From Opitutia bacterium (GTDB lineage Bacteria > Verrucomicrobiota > Verrucomicrobiia > Opitutales > T3Sed10-336): a stretch of DNA of 45,742 bases. Positions 33,375 through 41,536 of the stretch are shown here, in pieces. Under the pieces are notes generated by a model. The model was given only the letters and a program-made list of their open reading frames with translations, searched no databases and was not told where the DNA came from. The translations under genes and the position numbers were made by a program. Numbering within the stretch: position 1 is the first letter of the stretch; the number at the start of each line of letters is the position of its first letter. The stretch spans positions 1-45,742 of the forward strand of contig PXDN01000418.1 in the NCBI GenBank assembly GCA_003566375.1. Direction: 5' to 3'.

Positions 33375-35012
33375 CTACGGGCGGAAGGTGCTTTTCGCGG
33401 AATTATTGTGCGGCCGACTGTCCTCCCGGTTGAGGAGTTTCGCTTCGGACTCGACCCGGATGGACCCGAGTTGTTCGATCTCGGAGGGATCAATCAGAAC
33501 CTTGGCCACCCCGGTTTGGCCCGGGGGAAGGTTGGAAAATTGAAATCTCTTATCAACCCCTTCGATCCACACGTCCAACCCGACGGAACCGACCGCCTCG
33601 GTGCCGCTGTTTTGCACGGTCACATAGAGCGGGCGCAAACCGTCCTGGCCGACCGGGCCGAGGTACTGGGAGGTCACCGCGACATCGTAAATGCCGGGAA
33701 TGTCTTTTTGCAGGGTTCGCTCAAAATTCACGGCTCCCGCTCCCATGTAGGGATCGAAACCGGGAGGGCCGGTGTCATCGGCATAATGGAGAATGTCCAA
33801 TGCGGCTTCGTAAGGCGTCATGCCGGGATTCAGCGAAAGATACCCCGCCACACCGCCGGTGATGAGTGGCGCTCCGCCGGATGTGCCGCTGAAGGAAAAC
33901 GAGCCGCCATCGGTCGAGGCGGCGTTCAGCCCGACCCCGGGAGCGCCGATGGTGATGCCCTGCCCCCGGTTGGAAAATGAAGCGTGGTGATTTCCCGCGT
34001 CAAAGGCGCCGACGCCGATCACGTTGCCGTAAGTCGCGGGCGTGAGCACCCGGTCGCCCCCGTCATTGCCGGCGGCGGCCACCACGATGGTGCCCTTGCC
34101 CATCGCGTATTGCACGGCCTGTTGCAAAACCGGCGTGTCGCCATAGGCACCGAGACTGACGTTGATGATCGGGGGTGGAATGAGATTGGCCGCCGCCACG
34201 ATGCCTTGAGCGAGGGTAAAGGCGTCGCCCACCCCGTTGGCGTCGAGCACGCGAATGTCGATGATTTCGGCCGCCGGAGCCACCCCGCGGGTGTCCCCGT
34301 GGCCCGTGATGAGAGACGCCACCGCCGTGCCGTGACTGCCGACTCCCGGTTCCGCGTCGGACGAAGTGACCAGGTCCATGCTCAAGATAACGCGCGAAGC
34401 CACGTCGGGATGATCCCCGATGCCGGTGTCGAGAATGGCGATCCGCACCCCCTCGCCCCAGCGGGCGTTGTCGGCCGGCACCCCCATCCAATCGGCAAAC
34501 GACCCGCCGAAAGACCGCCTCCCGCCAACCCCTTCATCCAACGGGGGAATCGGCTCGGGGGTGAGCACAAAGGAGTTGAAATCCATGTGCGCCCCCGGCC
34601 CGGCCAGTTGGCGCAGAAGGCGGACGTCGGCGGGATTCGCCAACCGCACCCGCGCCGAGAGCAACTCCCGCAGCGCCTGGATGCCGGTGATTCCCGCGCG
34701 GGCGGCCCGGCGCAGGAAGTCGTTCAATTCCTCTTCGGACGAAAAAGAGAACAACAATTCGTCCGGCACCGCGTCACCCGGCCAATCGGGCATTTCCTCC
34801 CACTCCCCCTCCAACTGGGCAGAACGGGATGGCGGGGCGGGAACCGCGCCATCCGCGTCCGCCGAAAACCCGAGATACCACGGCGGAGGCTGGCCGACCC
34901 GGTCGGGTTCCGGCGGCGCTTCGGGCACGGCCGGCAACAGGACAAACCAGAGCGCCGCGCCGGCGAGCAGGCCGCAAACGGCGGAAAAACTGAGCAATGT
35001 TTTCAAATTCAT
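33375..35012 (-). CDS. S8 (subtilisin-like) serine peptidase with a C-terminal CARDB-like domain
   Basis: The Asp/His/Ser triad contexts are AILDTGIGDHPDV, GSHGTAVASLITG and GTSGGAPLITG. An N-terminal TM/signal segment is present. The C-terminal LYVTVQNSGTEAVGSVGLDVWIEG is CARDB-like. I prefer the ATG at 35012 over the TTG at 35024. Confidence 0.85.
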   Translation of the reverse strand: MNLKTLLSFSAVCGLLAGAALWFVLLPAVPEAPPEPDRVGQPPPWYLGFSADADGAVPAPPSRSAQLEGEWEEMPDWPGDAVPDELLFSFSSEEELNDFLRRAARAGITGIQALRELLSARVRLANPADVRLLRQLAGPGAHMDFNSFVLTPEPIPPLDEGVGGRRSFGGSFADWMGVPADNARWGEGVRIAILDTGIGDHPDVASRVILSMDLVTSSDAEPGVGSHGTAVASLITGHGDTRGVAPAAEIIDIRVLDANGVGDAFTLAQGIVAAANLIPPPIINVSLGAYGDTPVLQQAVQYAMGKGTIVVAAAGNDGGDRVLTPATYGNVIGVGAFDAGNHHASFSNRGQGITIGAPGVGLNAASTDGGSFSFSGTSGGAPLITGGVAGYLSLNPGMTPYEAALDILHYADDTGPPGFDPYMGAGAVNFERTLQKDIPGIYDVAVTSQYLGPVGQDGLRPLYVTVQNSGTEAVGSVGLDVWIEGVDKRFQFSNLPPGQTGVAKVLIDPSEIEQLGSIRVESEAKLLNREDSRPHNNSAKSTFRP

Positions 35013-35029
35013 GGGCTCTATCAAAAATT

Positions 35030-35866
35030 TCAGGCGCCTTCGCGCAGGTTTTTCCCGGTGGCCAGAAGCCGGGCGGCGGCGAAGCCAAACACCGCCACCA
35101 GGGTGGAGACAATCGCCACCCCGTGCCAGACCGGCACATCGGTCGCACCGGTCATGCCATAGCGGAGTCCGTTAACCATGTAAAGAATCGGGTTGAACAG
35201 GGAGACATTGGCCCAAAAGGGAGGCAGCATGTTCACGGAGTAAAAAACCCCGCCCAGAAAAGTGAGCGGCAGCAGGAGAAAACTGGGCAGGAAGTTCACG
35301 TCATCAAAATCCCGGGCCAAAATCGCCACCATCAATCCCAACAAACCGAAGGCCAGCGAGGTGAGCACCATGAAAAGGAGGGTGAAACCGACATTGTGGG
35401 TGGTCCCCGCCCCCATGAAGGCGGCCACCGCCCAGATCACGGCTCCGGTGGCTACCGCCCGCAGTACGGAGGCGCCCAAATACCCGGCCATGATTTGCAG
35501 CGGGGTGAGCGGAGTCACCAGCAAATCAACCACCGATCCGTGGATGCGGGAGAGGAACAGCGAGAAGGCCGCGTTCAAGTAGGCGCTGTTGATAAGGTTG
35601 AGCATGATCAGCCCCGGCACGAGGAAGTCGATATAGGGAACACCGCCAACTTCATCAAGTCGCGCTCCGAGAGTAAATCCAAAGACCACAAACCAGAGCA
35701 TGGTGGTGAAGACCGGGCTCACGAGGGTCTGCCCGGCCATGCGCAGAAACCGAAAAGCCTCGCGCCAAAACAAGGCCAAGGTGCCGCGCCAGCCGCTCTC
35801 CCTCAGGGCGGACTCCCGCGCCCGCGCGATGCGGCGGCGCGCGGCGGTCTCAATCTCCTCCGTCAC
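35030..35866 (-). CDS. ABC-2-type transporter permease
   Basis: The GTG start overlaps the ATPase stop (GTGA at 35863-35866). About six hydrophobic segments are visible. It is typical of ABC-2 (YadH/NodJ-like) membrane proteins. Confidence 0.8.
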   Translation of the reverse strand: MTEEIETAARRRIARARESALRESGWRGTLALFWREAFRFLRMAGQTLVSPVFTTMLWFVVFGFTLGARLDEVGGVPYIDFLVPGLIMLNLINSAYLNAAFSLFLSRIHGSVVDLLVTPLTPLQIMAGYLGASVLRAVATGAVIWAVAAFMGAGTTHNVGFTLLFMVLTSLAFGLLGLMVAILARDFDDVNFLPSFLLLPLTFLGGVFYSVNMLPPFWANVSLFNPILYMVNGLRYGMTGATDVPVWHGVAIVSTLVAVFGFAAARLLATGKNLREGA

Positions 35867-36840
35867 GGCGACTCCTCCCCTTCCCCGTTGCCGTCGATGG
35901 AAATCAATTCGCGGAAAACGTCCTCCAGCCGGCTGTGACCGCCGTCGATGCCGCGCACCCGCAATTTTTCGGCGGCCACCGCCACCCAAAGCCGCTGGAT
36001 CGGCCCGTCACCCCCGCCGTTTTCCGGCGTGTCCTGAAATTCGATGCGCAGGCGGTCGGCGGCGGTTTTCACCGGTTGCAGCGGAGCGAGGGTTTGCAGC
36101 AGGGTATCCGGCACATCCCGGTCGAGGGAAATTTCCACCCAGCGCCGCCCGAACTTTTGCAGCAATTCCCGGCGGCCCTCCACCCGCAGCAACCGACCGT
36201 GGTTGATGATGCCAATGCGGTCGGCCAAGCGTTCCGCCTCCTCCAGATAATGGGTGGTCAGGACGATGGTCACGCCGGAGCGGCGCAAGCCCTCAATGTA
36301 AGTCCAGAGTTCGTCGCGCAGTTCCACGTCCACCCCGGCGGTCGGTTCGTCGAGAAAAAGCAACACCGGTTCGTGCATCAGGGCCTTGCCGATCATCAGG
36401 CGGCGCTTCATCCCGCCGGAGAGAAACCGGGTGTTCACCCCGGCCTTTTCCGTAAGGGAAAATACGCGCAGCAACTCCTCCGCCCGCTCCCGCAAACGCC
36501 GCCGTCCGAAAAACGCTCCCTGAAATTCCAAGCAGGGCCGCACCCGCAAAAACCCGTCGTGATTCAATTCCTGCGGAACCCCCCCGACCAGTTGCCGGGT
36601 CACCCGGTAATCCCGGCGCACATCGTGCCCGGCCACCCGAATCTCTCCGTCGAATCGGCTGATGAGCCCGCAGACACAGCCGATCAGCGTGGTTTTGCCC
36701 GCGCCGTTGGCCCCGAGCAGGGCGAAAATCTCACCCGGTCGAATGCGCAGGGAGACATCCCGCAAAGCGGTCACTCCGCCGTAACGCTTGGAGACCCCTT
36801 CGATGGTCAGCAAATGCTCGTCTGTAAAATCTTCGGACAT
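35863..36840 (-). CDS. ABC transporter ATP-binding protein (ABC-2 partner)
   Basis: Trimmed to the ATG of MSEDFTDEHLLTIEGVSKRYGG. It contains GANGAGKTT, LSGGMKRRL and LFLDEPTAGVD. Confidence 0.9.
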   Translation of the reverse strand: MSEDFTDEHLLTIEGVSKRYGGVTALRDVSLRIRPGEIFALLGANGAGKTTLIGCVCGLISRFDGEIRVAGHDVRRDYRVTRQLVGGVPQELNHDGFLRVRPCLEFQGAFFGRRRLRERAEELLRVFSLTEKAGVNTRFLSGGMKRRLMIGKALMHEPVLLFLDEPTAGVDVELRDELWTYIEGLRRSGVTIVLTTHYLEEAERLADRIGIINHGRLLRVEGRRELLQKFGRRWVEISLDRDVPDTLLQTLAPLQPVKTAADRLRIEFQDTPENGGGDGPIQRLWVAVAAEKLRVRGIDGGHSRLEDVFRELISIDGNGEGEESP

Positions 36841-36931
36841 AGGTTGGAAGCGCCGCGCGAAACGCCCTCCACCAATCGCCGGACAAGCCCGCTCTGTCAA
36901 CGGCCCACGACTCCCCGCGCGCCGAAGACAC

Positions 36932-36962
36932 AAAAAAGCCCGGGTTTCCGCGAAACCCGGGC
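36932..36962 (-). terminator. Intrinsic terminator after ilvC
   Basis: On the minus strand, GCCCGGGTTTC GCG GAAACCCGGGC forms a perfect 11-bp stem followed by TTTTTTG. Confidence 0.75.
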
Positions 36963-36993
36963 CGTTGGAATTCTTAAAGAAAAAAAGACCGTC

Positions 36994-38022
36994 TCAACTG
37001 TAAGAGGCTTGAACCCCTTTCAGGTTTTTCTTGGAAATCCAAGGCATCATGCCGCGGAGACGCTGCCCGGTTTTCTCGATCGGGTGCTTTTCCCCAGCTT
37101 TCATCAGTTTTTTGTAATTCTTTAAACCGCCCTGGTGTTCCTTGACCCATTCCTTGGTGAATTTTCCGCTCTGGATTTCCTTTAGAATGGTTTTCATCAC
37201 CTTCTTGGTTTGGGCATTGATCACGCGGGGGCCGCGGGTCACATCACCGTATTTGGCAGTTTCCGAGATGGAGAAACGCATGCCGGCGATCCCCGACTCG
37301 TTCATCAAATCCACGATCAACTTCAATTCGTGCAAGCACTCGAAGTAGGCCATCTCGGGTTGGTAACCGGCCTCCACGAGGGTTTCGTAACCTGCGATGA
37401 CCAGCGCGCTGGCACCGCCGCAAAGAACGGCCTGCTCCCCGAACAAATCGGTTTCGGTTTCTTCCTTGAAGGTTGTTTGCAACACGCCCGCGCGGGTGCC
37501 GCCGATGCCCTTGGCCCAGGCCAGGGCGATTTTTTTCGCCTTCTTGGACGCATCCTGCTGGATCGCGATTAGGCTCGGAACGCCGCGCCCTTCCTGGTAC
37601 TGGCTGCGCACCACGTGGCCCGGTCCCTTGGGAGCGACCATGATCACATCGACATCGGCGGGCGGCTTGATGAGGTTGTAGTGAATGCACAAACCATGGC
37701 TGAACAAGAGGCATTTGCCCTTGGTCAGATTGGGTTGCACATCCTTTTCATACACCTCGGCCTGTTTCATGTCGGGCACCGCCAACATGATCACGTCGGC
37801 CTGACGCACCGCTTCATCGGTGTCGAAGACCTTGAAACCGAGCTTCTCGGCCACGGGCCGGGATTTGCTCTTCGGATAGAGGCCAATGATGACATTGCAA
37901 CCGCTCTCCTTCAGGTTAAGCGCGTGGGCATGGCCTTGGGAGCCAAAGCCTATCACGGCGAGGGTTTTGGACGATATTGACCGGAGATCGGCGTCCTTGT
38001 CGGTGTATATTTTCGCTGGCAT
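36994..38022 (-). CDS. ilvC: Ketol-acid reductoisomerase (class I)
   Basis: Trimmed to the ATG of [13 protein letters not shown]...[18 protein letters not shown]. The product is 342 aa. Confidence 0.95.
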   Translation of the reverse strand: MPAKIYTDKDADLRSISSKTLAVIGFGSQGHAHALNLKESGCNVIIGLYPKSKSRPVAEKLGFKVFDTDEAVRQADVIMLAVPDMKQAEVYEKDVQPNLTKGKCLLFSHGLCIHYNLIKPPADVDVIMVAPKGPGHVVRSQYQEGRGVPSLIAIQQDASKKAKKIALAWAKGIGGTRAGVLQTTFKEETETDLFGEQAVLCGGASALVIAGYETLVEAGYQPEMAYFECLHELKLIVDLMNESGIAGMRFSISETAKYGDVTRGPRVINAQTKKVMKTILKEIQSGKFTKEWVKEHQGGLKNYKKLMKAGEKHPIEKTGQRLRGMMPWISKKNLKGVQASYS

Positions 38023-38053
38023 AGAATTCGTATGGCTGAAATGAAAACACGCC

Positions 38054-38524
38054 TTAGCGGACCATGGCAAGCTTGCCGGTCCGGGCCTGTTCCAAAATGG
38101 GAAAGCCTTCCAGGATTCCGAGAAAGGCGTTGATTTTGCCCTCGTCACCCGTGATCTCGACCACGATGGAATCCGAGGCCACATTAATGATTTTGGCGCG
38201 GAAAATATCGCAAATTTGGATAACCTCGGAGCGGGAACGCGCGTCCACGCCGATTTTGACCAGCACCATTTCCCGGTCCACGGACTGCCCGGCGACAAAA
38301 TCGCGGACTTCGATCACGTTAACCAGTTTGCGCAGTTGTTTGATGATTTGCTCAAGAACACTTTCGTTCCCGCGCACGACCACGGTGATCCGCGACAGGG
38401 AGGGATCGTGAGTCGGCGCCACATTGAGCGTGTCGATGTTAAAACCGCGGCCGCTGAACATCCCCACCACGCGGGCCAGGACGCCAAACTGATTTTCGAC
38501 CAAGACTGATAAGGTGTGCCTCAT
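38054..38524 (-). CDS. ilvN: Acetolactate synthase small (regulatory) subunit
   Basis: Trimmed to the ATG of [35 protein letters not shown] (ACT domain). The upstream part of the track ORF simply reads through the tRNA gene. Confidence 0.9.
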   Translation of the reverse strand: MRHTLSVLVENQFGVLARVVGMFSGRGFNIDTLNVAPTHDPSLSRITVVVRGNESVLEQIIKQLRKLVNVIEVRDFVAGQSVDREMVLVKIGVDARSRSEVIQICDIFRAKIINVASDSIVVEITGDEGKINAFLGILEGFPILEQARTGKLAMVR

Positions 38525-38531
38525 GGAAACA

Positions 38532-38608
38532 TGGTGGACGGCGAGGGACTCGAACCCCCGACCCCCTCGGTGTAAACGAGATGCTCTAACCAACTGAGCT
38601 AGCCGTCC
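38532..38608 (-). tRNA. tRNA-Val: tRNA-Val, anticodon UAC, CCA encoded
   Basis: I folded it by hand: GGACGGC TA GCTC AGTTGGTTA GAGC A TCTCG TT-TAC-AC CGAGG GGGTC GGGGG TTCGAGT CCCTC GCCGTCC A CCA. The acceptor stem has 7 perfect pairs, the T-loop is TTCGAGT, and U33/A37 flank the TAC anticodon. Confidence 0.9.
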
Positions 38609-38678
38609 AATCTACGAAACGGAAAAAAGGATGGACTAAGCAAAAATTGCCTTTGCGAAGCAAGACCTAAATTACCCA

Positions 38679-39398
38679 ATGAAAGAACCAAACCGGTTGC
38701 CCCCGCCTTCATGCACGCGTAGTTCATTACCCATGCTGAAACGCACGGTCGAACCCGAGATTCTGGATTCGCTTCCGCACGACCACCCGGCCGCGCTGGC
38801 CAACCGGCGCGATTTGCGGCTGGTCAACGCCTGCATGGGCAACCACCGGTGGTTCGAACGGGCATGCGCCCGGCGCGTTCTTCCCAGGGACAAGGTGCTT
38901 GAAATCGGCGCGGGCACCGGTGACCTCGGGCTGCGGCTGCGCGGGAAAGCTCTCCCGCCCGGCGTGGCCTTCACGGCAATGGATCTCTGGCCCAAACCAA
39001 AAGAGTGGCCGGATGATTGGGAGTGGCTCCAAACCGACCTGTCATCCCACACTGGATACGGGAGATTTTCCGTAATCATCGCCAACCTCATCCTTCACCA
39101 GTTTTCCGACGAAATCCTCCGGAATTTGGGCCGCGCCTGGCGGGAAGGGAGTGCCCGGCTGCTTCTCATCAATGAACCGGCGCGGCGTCCCCTCCACCAA
39201 TGGCAGCTGCGGTTCCTCCACCCGCTCGGCTTTCATCCGGTCAGCCGTCATGACGCGCGGGTCAGTGTGGCGGCCGGGTTCCGCCGCGGCGAACTGCCCG
39301 GCCTGCTTGGCTTGGATCCGGCCGCCTGGTCGCTGTCCGAATCCGAAACCTGGCTGGGGGCCTGCCGACTGGCGGCGGTGCGGAGGGAGGTGTCATGA
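38679..39398 (+). CDS. Class I SAM-dependent methyltransferase (first gene of the type III PKS operon)
   Basis: VEPEILDSLPHDHPAALANRRDLRLVN, then motif I VLEIGAGTGDLG. An alternative start is the ATG at 38733. The stop overlaps the next ATG as ATGA. Confidence 0.75.
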   Translation: MKEPNRLPPPSCTRSSLPMLKRTVEPEILDSLPHDHPAALANRRDLRLVNACMGNHRWFERACARRVLPRDKVLEIGAGTGDLGLRLRGKALPPGVAFTAMDLWPKPKEWPDDWEWLQTDLSSHTGYGRFSVIIANLILHQFSDEILRNLGRAWREGSARLLLINEPARRPLHQWQLRFLHPLGFHPVSRHDARVSVAAGFRRGELPGLLGLDPAAWSLSESETWLGACRLAAVRREVS

Positions 39399-40408
39399 AA
39401 ACGATCACCATCGCGGGAGGAGGTTTGGCCGGACTCTCCCTCGGCATCACCCTGCGGCGGCGCGGCGTTCCGGTGGTGCTGCACGAAGCGGGCGACTACC
39501 CGCGTCATAAAGTGTGCGGCGAGTTCATGGCCGGAACCACCCCCGGCCTCACGGATCGCCTCGGCCTTTCGGACATCCTGCAACAAGGGGTTTTCAACCG
39601 TTCCTCCGTTTGGTTCGCGCGCGGACGAGAGGTGTTGCGGCGCTCCCTGCCCCTCCCCGTGCCGGGAATTTCTCGCCACAAATTGGACGCCGCCATGGCC
39701 GGTCTTTTTTGCGAACTCGGCGGCGACCTGCGCGTCGGCTCCACCCGCGCCGGGGAGCCGCGCGAGGGGTGGGTTCTCGCCACCGGTCGTCCGCCGGGAG
39801 AGCCGCGCTGGATTGGACTCAAAGCCCACTTTGCCGGCGTCGAAACGGTTGCCGATTTGGAAATGCATCTTGGCCGGGGCGGCTACGCCGGGTTGGCCCG
39901 GATCGAAGAGGGCTGGGTCAACGTCTGCGGCCTCTTCCGCGCGCGCCGCCTGAAGAAACGGACGGACGCCGGCATTTTGCCGGATTACCTCGACGCCTGC
40001 GGTCTGGCCGGTCTGGCCGACAGGCTCCGCCCCGCCCGTCAACGGGAAGGTTCCGGCAAGGCGGTGGCCCGCATGGGGTTTTCCCGTTTTCACTCCCCTC
40101 CCGGAATCCTCGCCATCGGCGACGCCTGCGCGGCCATCCCGCCGTTTACCGGAAACGGCATGACCATGGCCTTGGAATCGGCCGACACCGCCGTCGGCCC
40201 CCTGACCTTTTTCGCCGAGGGCCAACTGGAGTGGAGTGACACCATCCGGCAAACCCGTCATTTGCTCAACCAGCGTTTCGGACAAAGACTGCGCGCCGCC
40301 CGCGTTCTCCATCCGCTCCCCACCCGCTTGGGACAACTCCCTTTTCCCTTGATGCGGGTTGCGGGAAGCCTGATTCCGTTCAACCTGCTCTATCGCGCGC
40401 TTCACTGA
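39395..40408 (+). CDS. FAD-dependent oxidoreductase (geranylgeranyl-reductase / halogenase-hydroxylase-like fold)
   Basis: N-terminal MKTITIAGGGLAGLSLG (GxGxxG) and the GDACAAIPPFTGNGMTMAL FAD-binding GD motif. The product is 337 aa. Confidence 0.8.
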   Translation: MKTITIAGGGLAGLSLGITLRRRGVPVVLHEAGDYPRHKVCGEFMAGTTPGLTDRLGLSDILQQGVFNRSSVWFARGREVLRRSLPLPVPGISRHKLDAAMAGLFCELGGDLRVGSTRAGEPREGWVLATGRPPGEPRWIGLKAHFAGVETVADLEMHLGRGGYAGLARIEEGWVNVCGLFRARRLKKRTDAGILPDYLDACGLAGLADRLRPARQREGSGKAVARMGFSRFHSPPGILAIGDACAAIPPFTGNGMTMALESADTAVGPLTFFAEGQLEWSDTIRQTRHLLNQRFGQRLRAARVLHPLPTRLGQLPFPLMRVAGSLIPFNLLYRALH

Positions 40409-40424
40409 ATGCCGCACCCGATCC

Positions 40425-41459
40425 ATGTATTTGCAATCTCTGACAACCGCCGTTCCACCACACGCCTTCACCCAACGGGAATGCTGGGAGATCATTCAAA
40501 GATCCCCGGCCGCCAACCGCCTGAATGCCCGGTCGCTGGCTCTGTTGCGCAAAGTTCTGCTCAATGACAACGGCATCGAACGCCGCCATTTCGCCGCCGC
40601 CGATCCATCCTTGTTGTTTGACCTGGATGCCGACGGCCTGAGCCGCAACTTTCAGCAAGAAGCCCCCGTGCTCGGAGAAACGGCCCTGCTGGATGCCCTG
40701 AAAGAAGCCGGGGTGGCGCCAACGGGTCTCGACGCCCTCTTTGTTTGCACCTGCACGGGATATTTGTGCCCGGGCTTGAGCAGCTACCTTTCGGAGCGCA
40801 TCGGGATGCGTTCCGACGCGTTTCTGCACGACGCGGTGGGTCTCGGGTGCGGTGCGGCGATTCCGACCATGCGGGCGGTTTCCCATTTTCTGGCCGCCCA
40901 TCCCGGTGCCGCGGCGGCCTGCCTGGCGGTCGAAATTTGCTCCGCCGCGTTTTATCTGGATGACGACCCGGGCGTTCTCATCAGCGCCTGCCTGTTTGCC
41001 GACGGCGCGGCGGCCGCCGTTTGGACCGGCGACCGAAGGCCCTCCGCGTGGAAAGCCGGTCACTTCGACACCCTGCACGACCCCGCCCACCGGGAATGCC
41101 TCCGCTTCGAAACCAAACAGGGAAAACTGCGCAACAAACTTCACAAAACCGTGCCGGAAACCGCCGCCCAAGCGGTGGAAACCTTGCACCGGCGTCTCCC
41201 GGAGGAGCCAGCGCGCGTTCTGGCCCATCCCGGGGGACGCGATGTGATCACAGCCCTGCGGGAGCGGCTCCCTAATCAGCCCCTGACCGAGAGCACGAAA
41301 ATTTTGCGGAGACACGGCAACATGAGCAGCCCCTCCGTTTTATTTGCCCTGCGGGAATATTTCGAACGGGAAAACGGCACCGCCGCGAAAACGAACCTGT
41401 GGCTCACCTCGTTCGGCGCCGGTTTTTCAGCCCACGGTTGTCTGCTGCAGCGGAGTTGA
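40425..41459 (+). CDS. Type III polyketide synthase (chalcone/stilbene synthase family)
   Basis: The catalytic triad contexts are GLGC(142)GAA, LAH(268)PGGRDV and HGN(299)MSSPSV. The C-terminal FGAGFS is also present. The product is 344 aa. Confidence 0.9.
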   Translation: MYLQSLTTAVPPHAFTQRECWEIIQRSPAANRLNARSLALLRKVLLNDNGIERRHFAAADPSLLFDLDADGLSRNFQQEAPVLGETALLDALKEAGVAPTGLDALFVCTCTGYLCPGLSSYLSERIGMRSDAFLHDAVGLGCGAAIPTMRAVSHFLAAHPGAAAACLAVEICSAAFYLDDDPGVLISACLFADGAAAAVWTGDRRPSAWKAGHFDTLHDPAHRECLRFETKQGKLRNKLHKTVPETAAQAVETLHRRLPEEPARVLAHPGGRDVITALRERLPNQPLTESTKILRRHGNMSSPSVLFALREYFERENGTAAKTNLWLTSFGAGFSAHGCLLQRS

Positions 41460-41462
41460 CCC

Positions 41463-41495
41463 AAAAAACGGGCGCGGCGGTAAAGCCGCGCCCGT
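41463..41495 (-). terminator. Intrinsic terminator after htrA; the same hairpin also follows the convergent PKS gene
   Basis: acgggcgcggc ggtaaa gccgcgcccgt forms a perfect 11-bp stem. The A6 run on the plus strand is a T6 tail on the minus strand. Confidence 0.7.
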
Positions 41496-41536
41496 GGGCA
41501 AAGAGTGAATACGCGGTCGGAGTCCGCGGTTCCGGT

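Noticed and set aside
33372-33377. Programmed TAG read-through fusing the S8 peptidase to the downstream HTH-like 40 codons, which lie in the same frame.
   Set aside because: Sharing a frame has a one-in-three chance expectation. An HTH on the C-terminus of a secreted protease makes no functional sense, and I see no read-through context or stimulatory structure. I treat it as a gene remnant instead.
38525-38593. N-terminal extension of the ilvN ORF (MVRASRLHRGGRGFESLAVHHVS...).
   Set aside because: This stretch is simply the tRNA-Val gene read as protein. GGRGFESL is the usual translation of a T-arm. The canonical IlvN N-terminus starts at the ATG at 38524.
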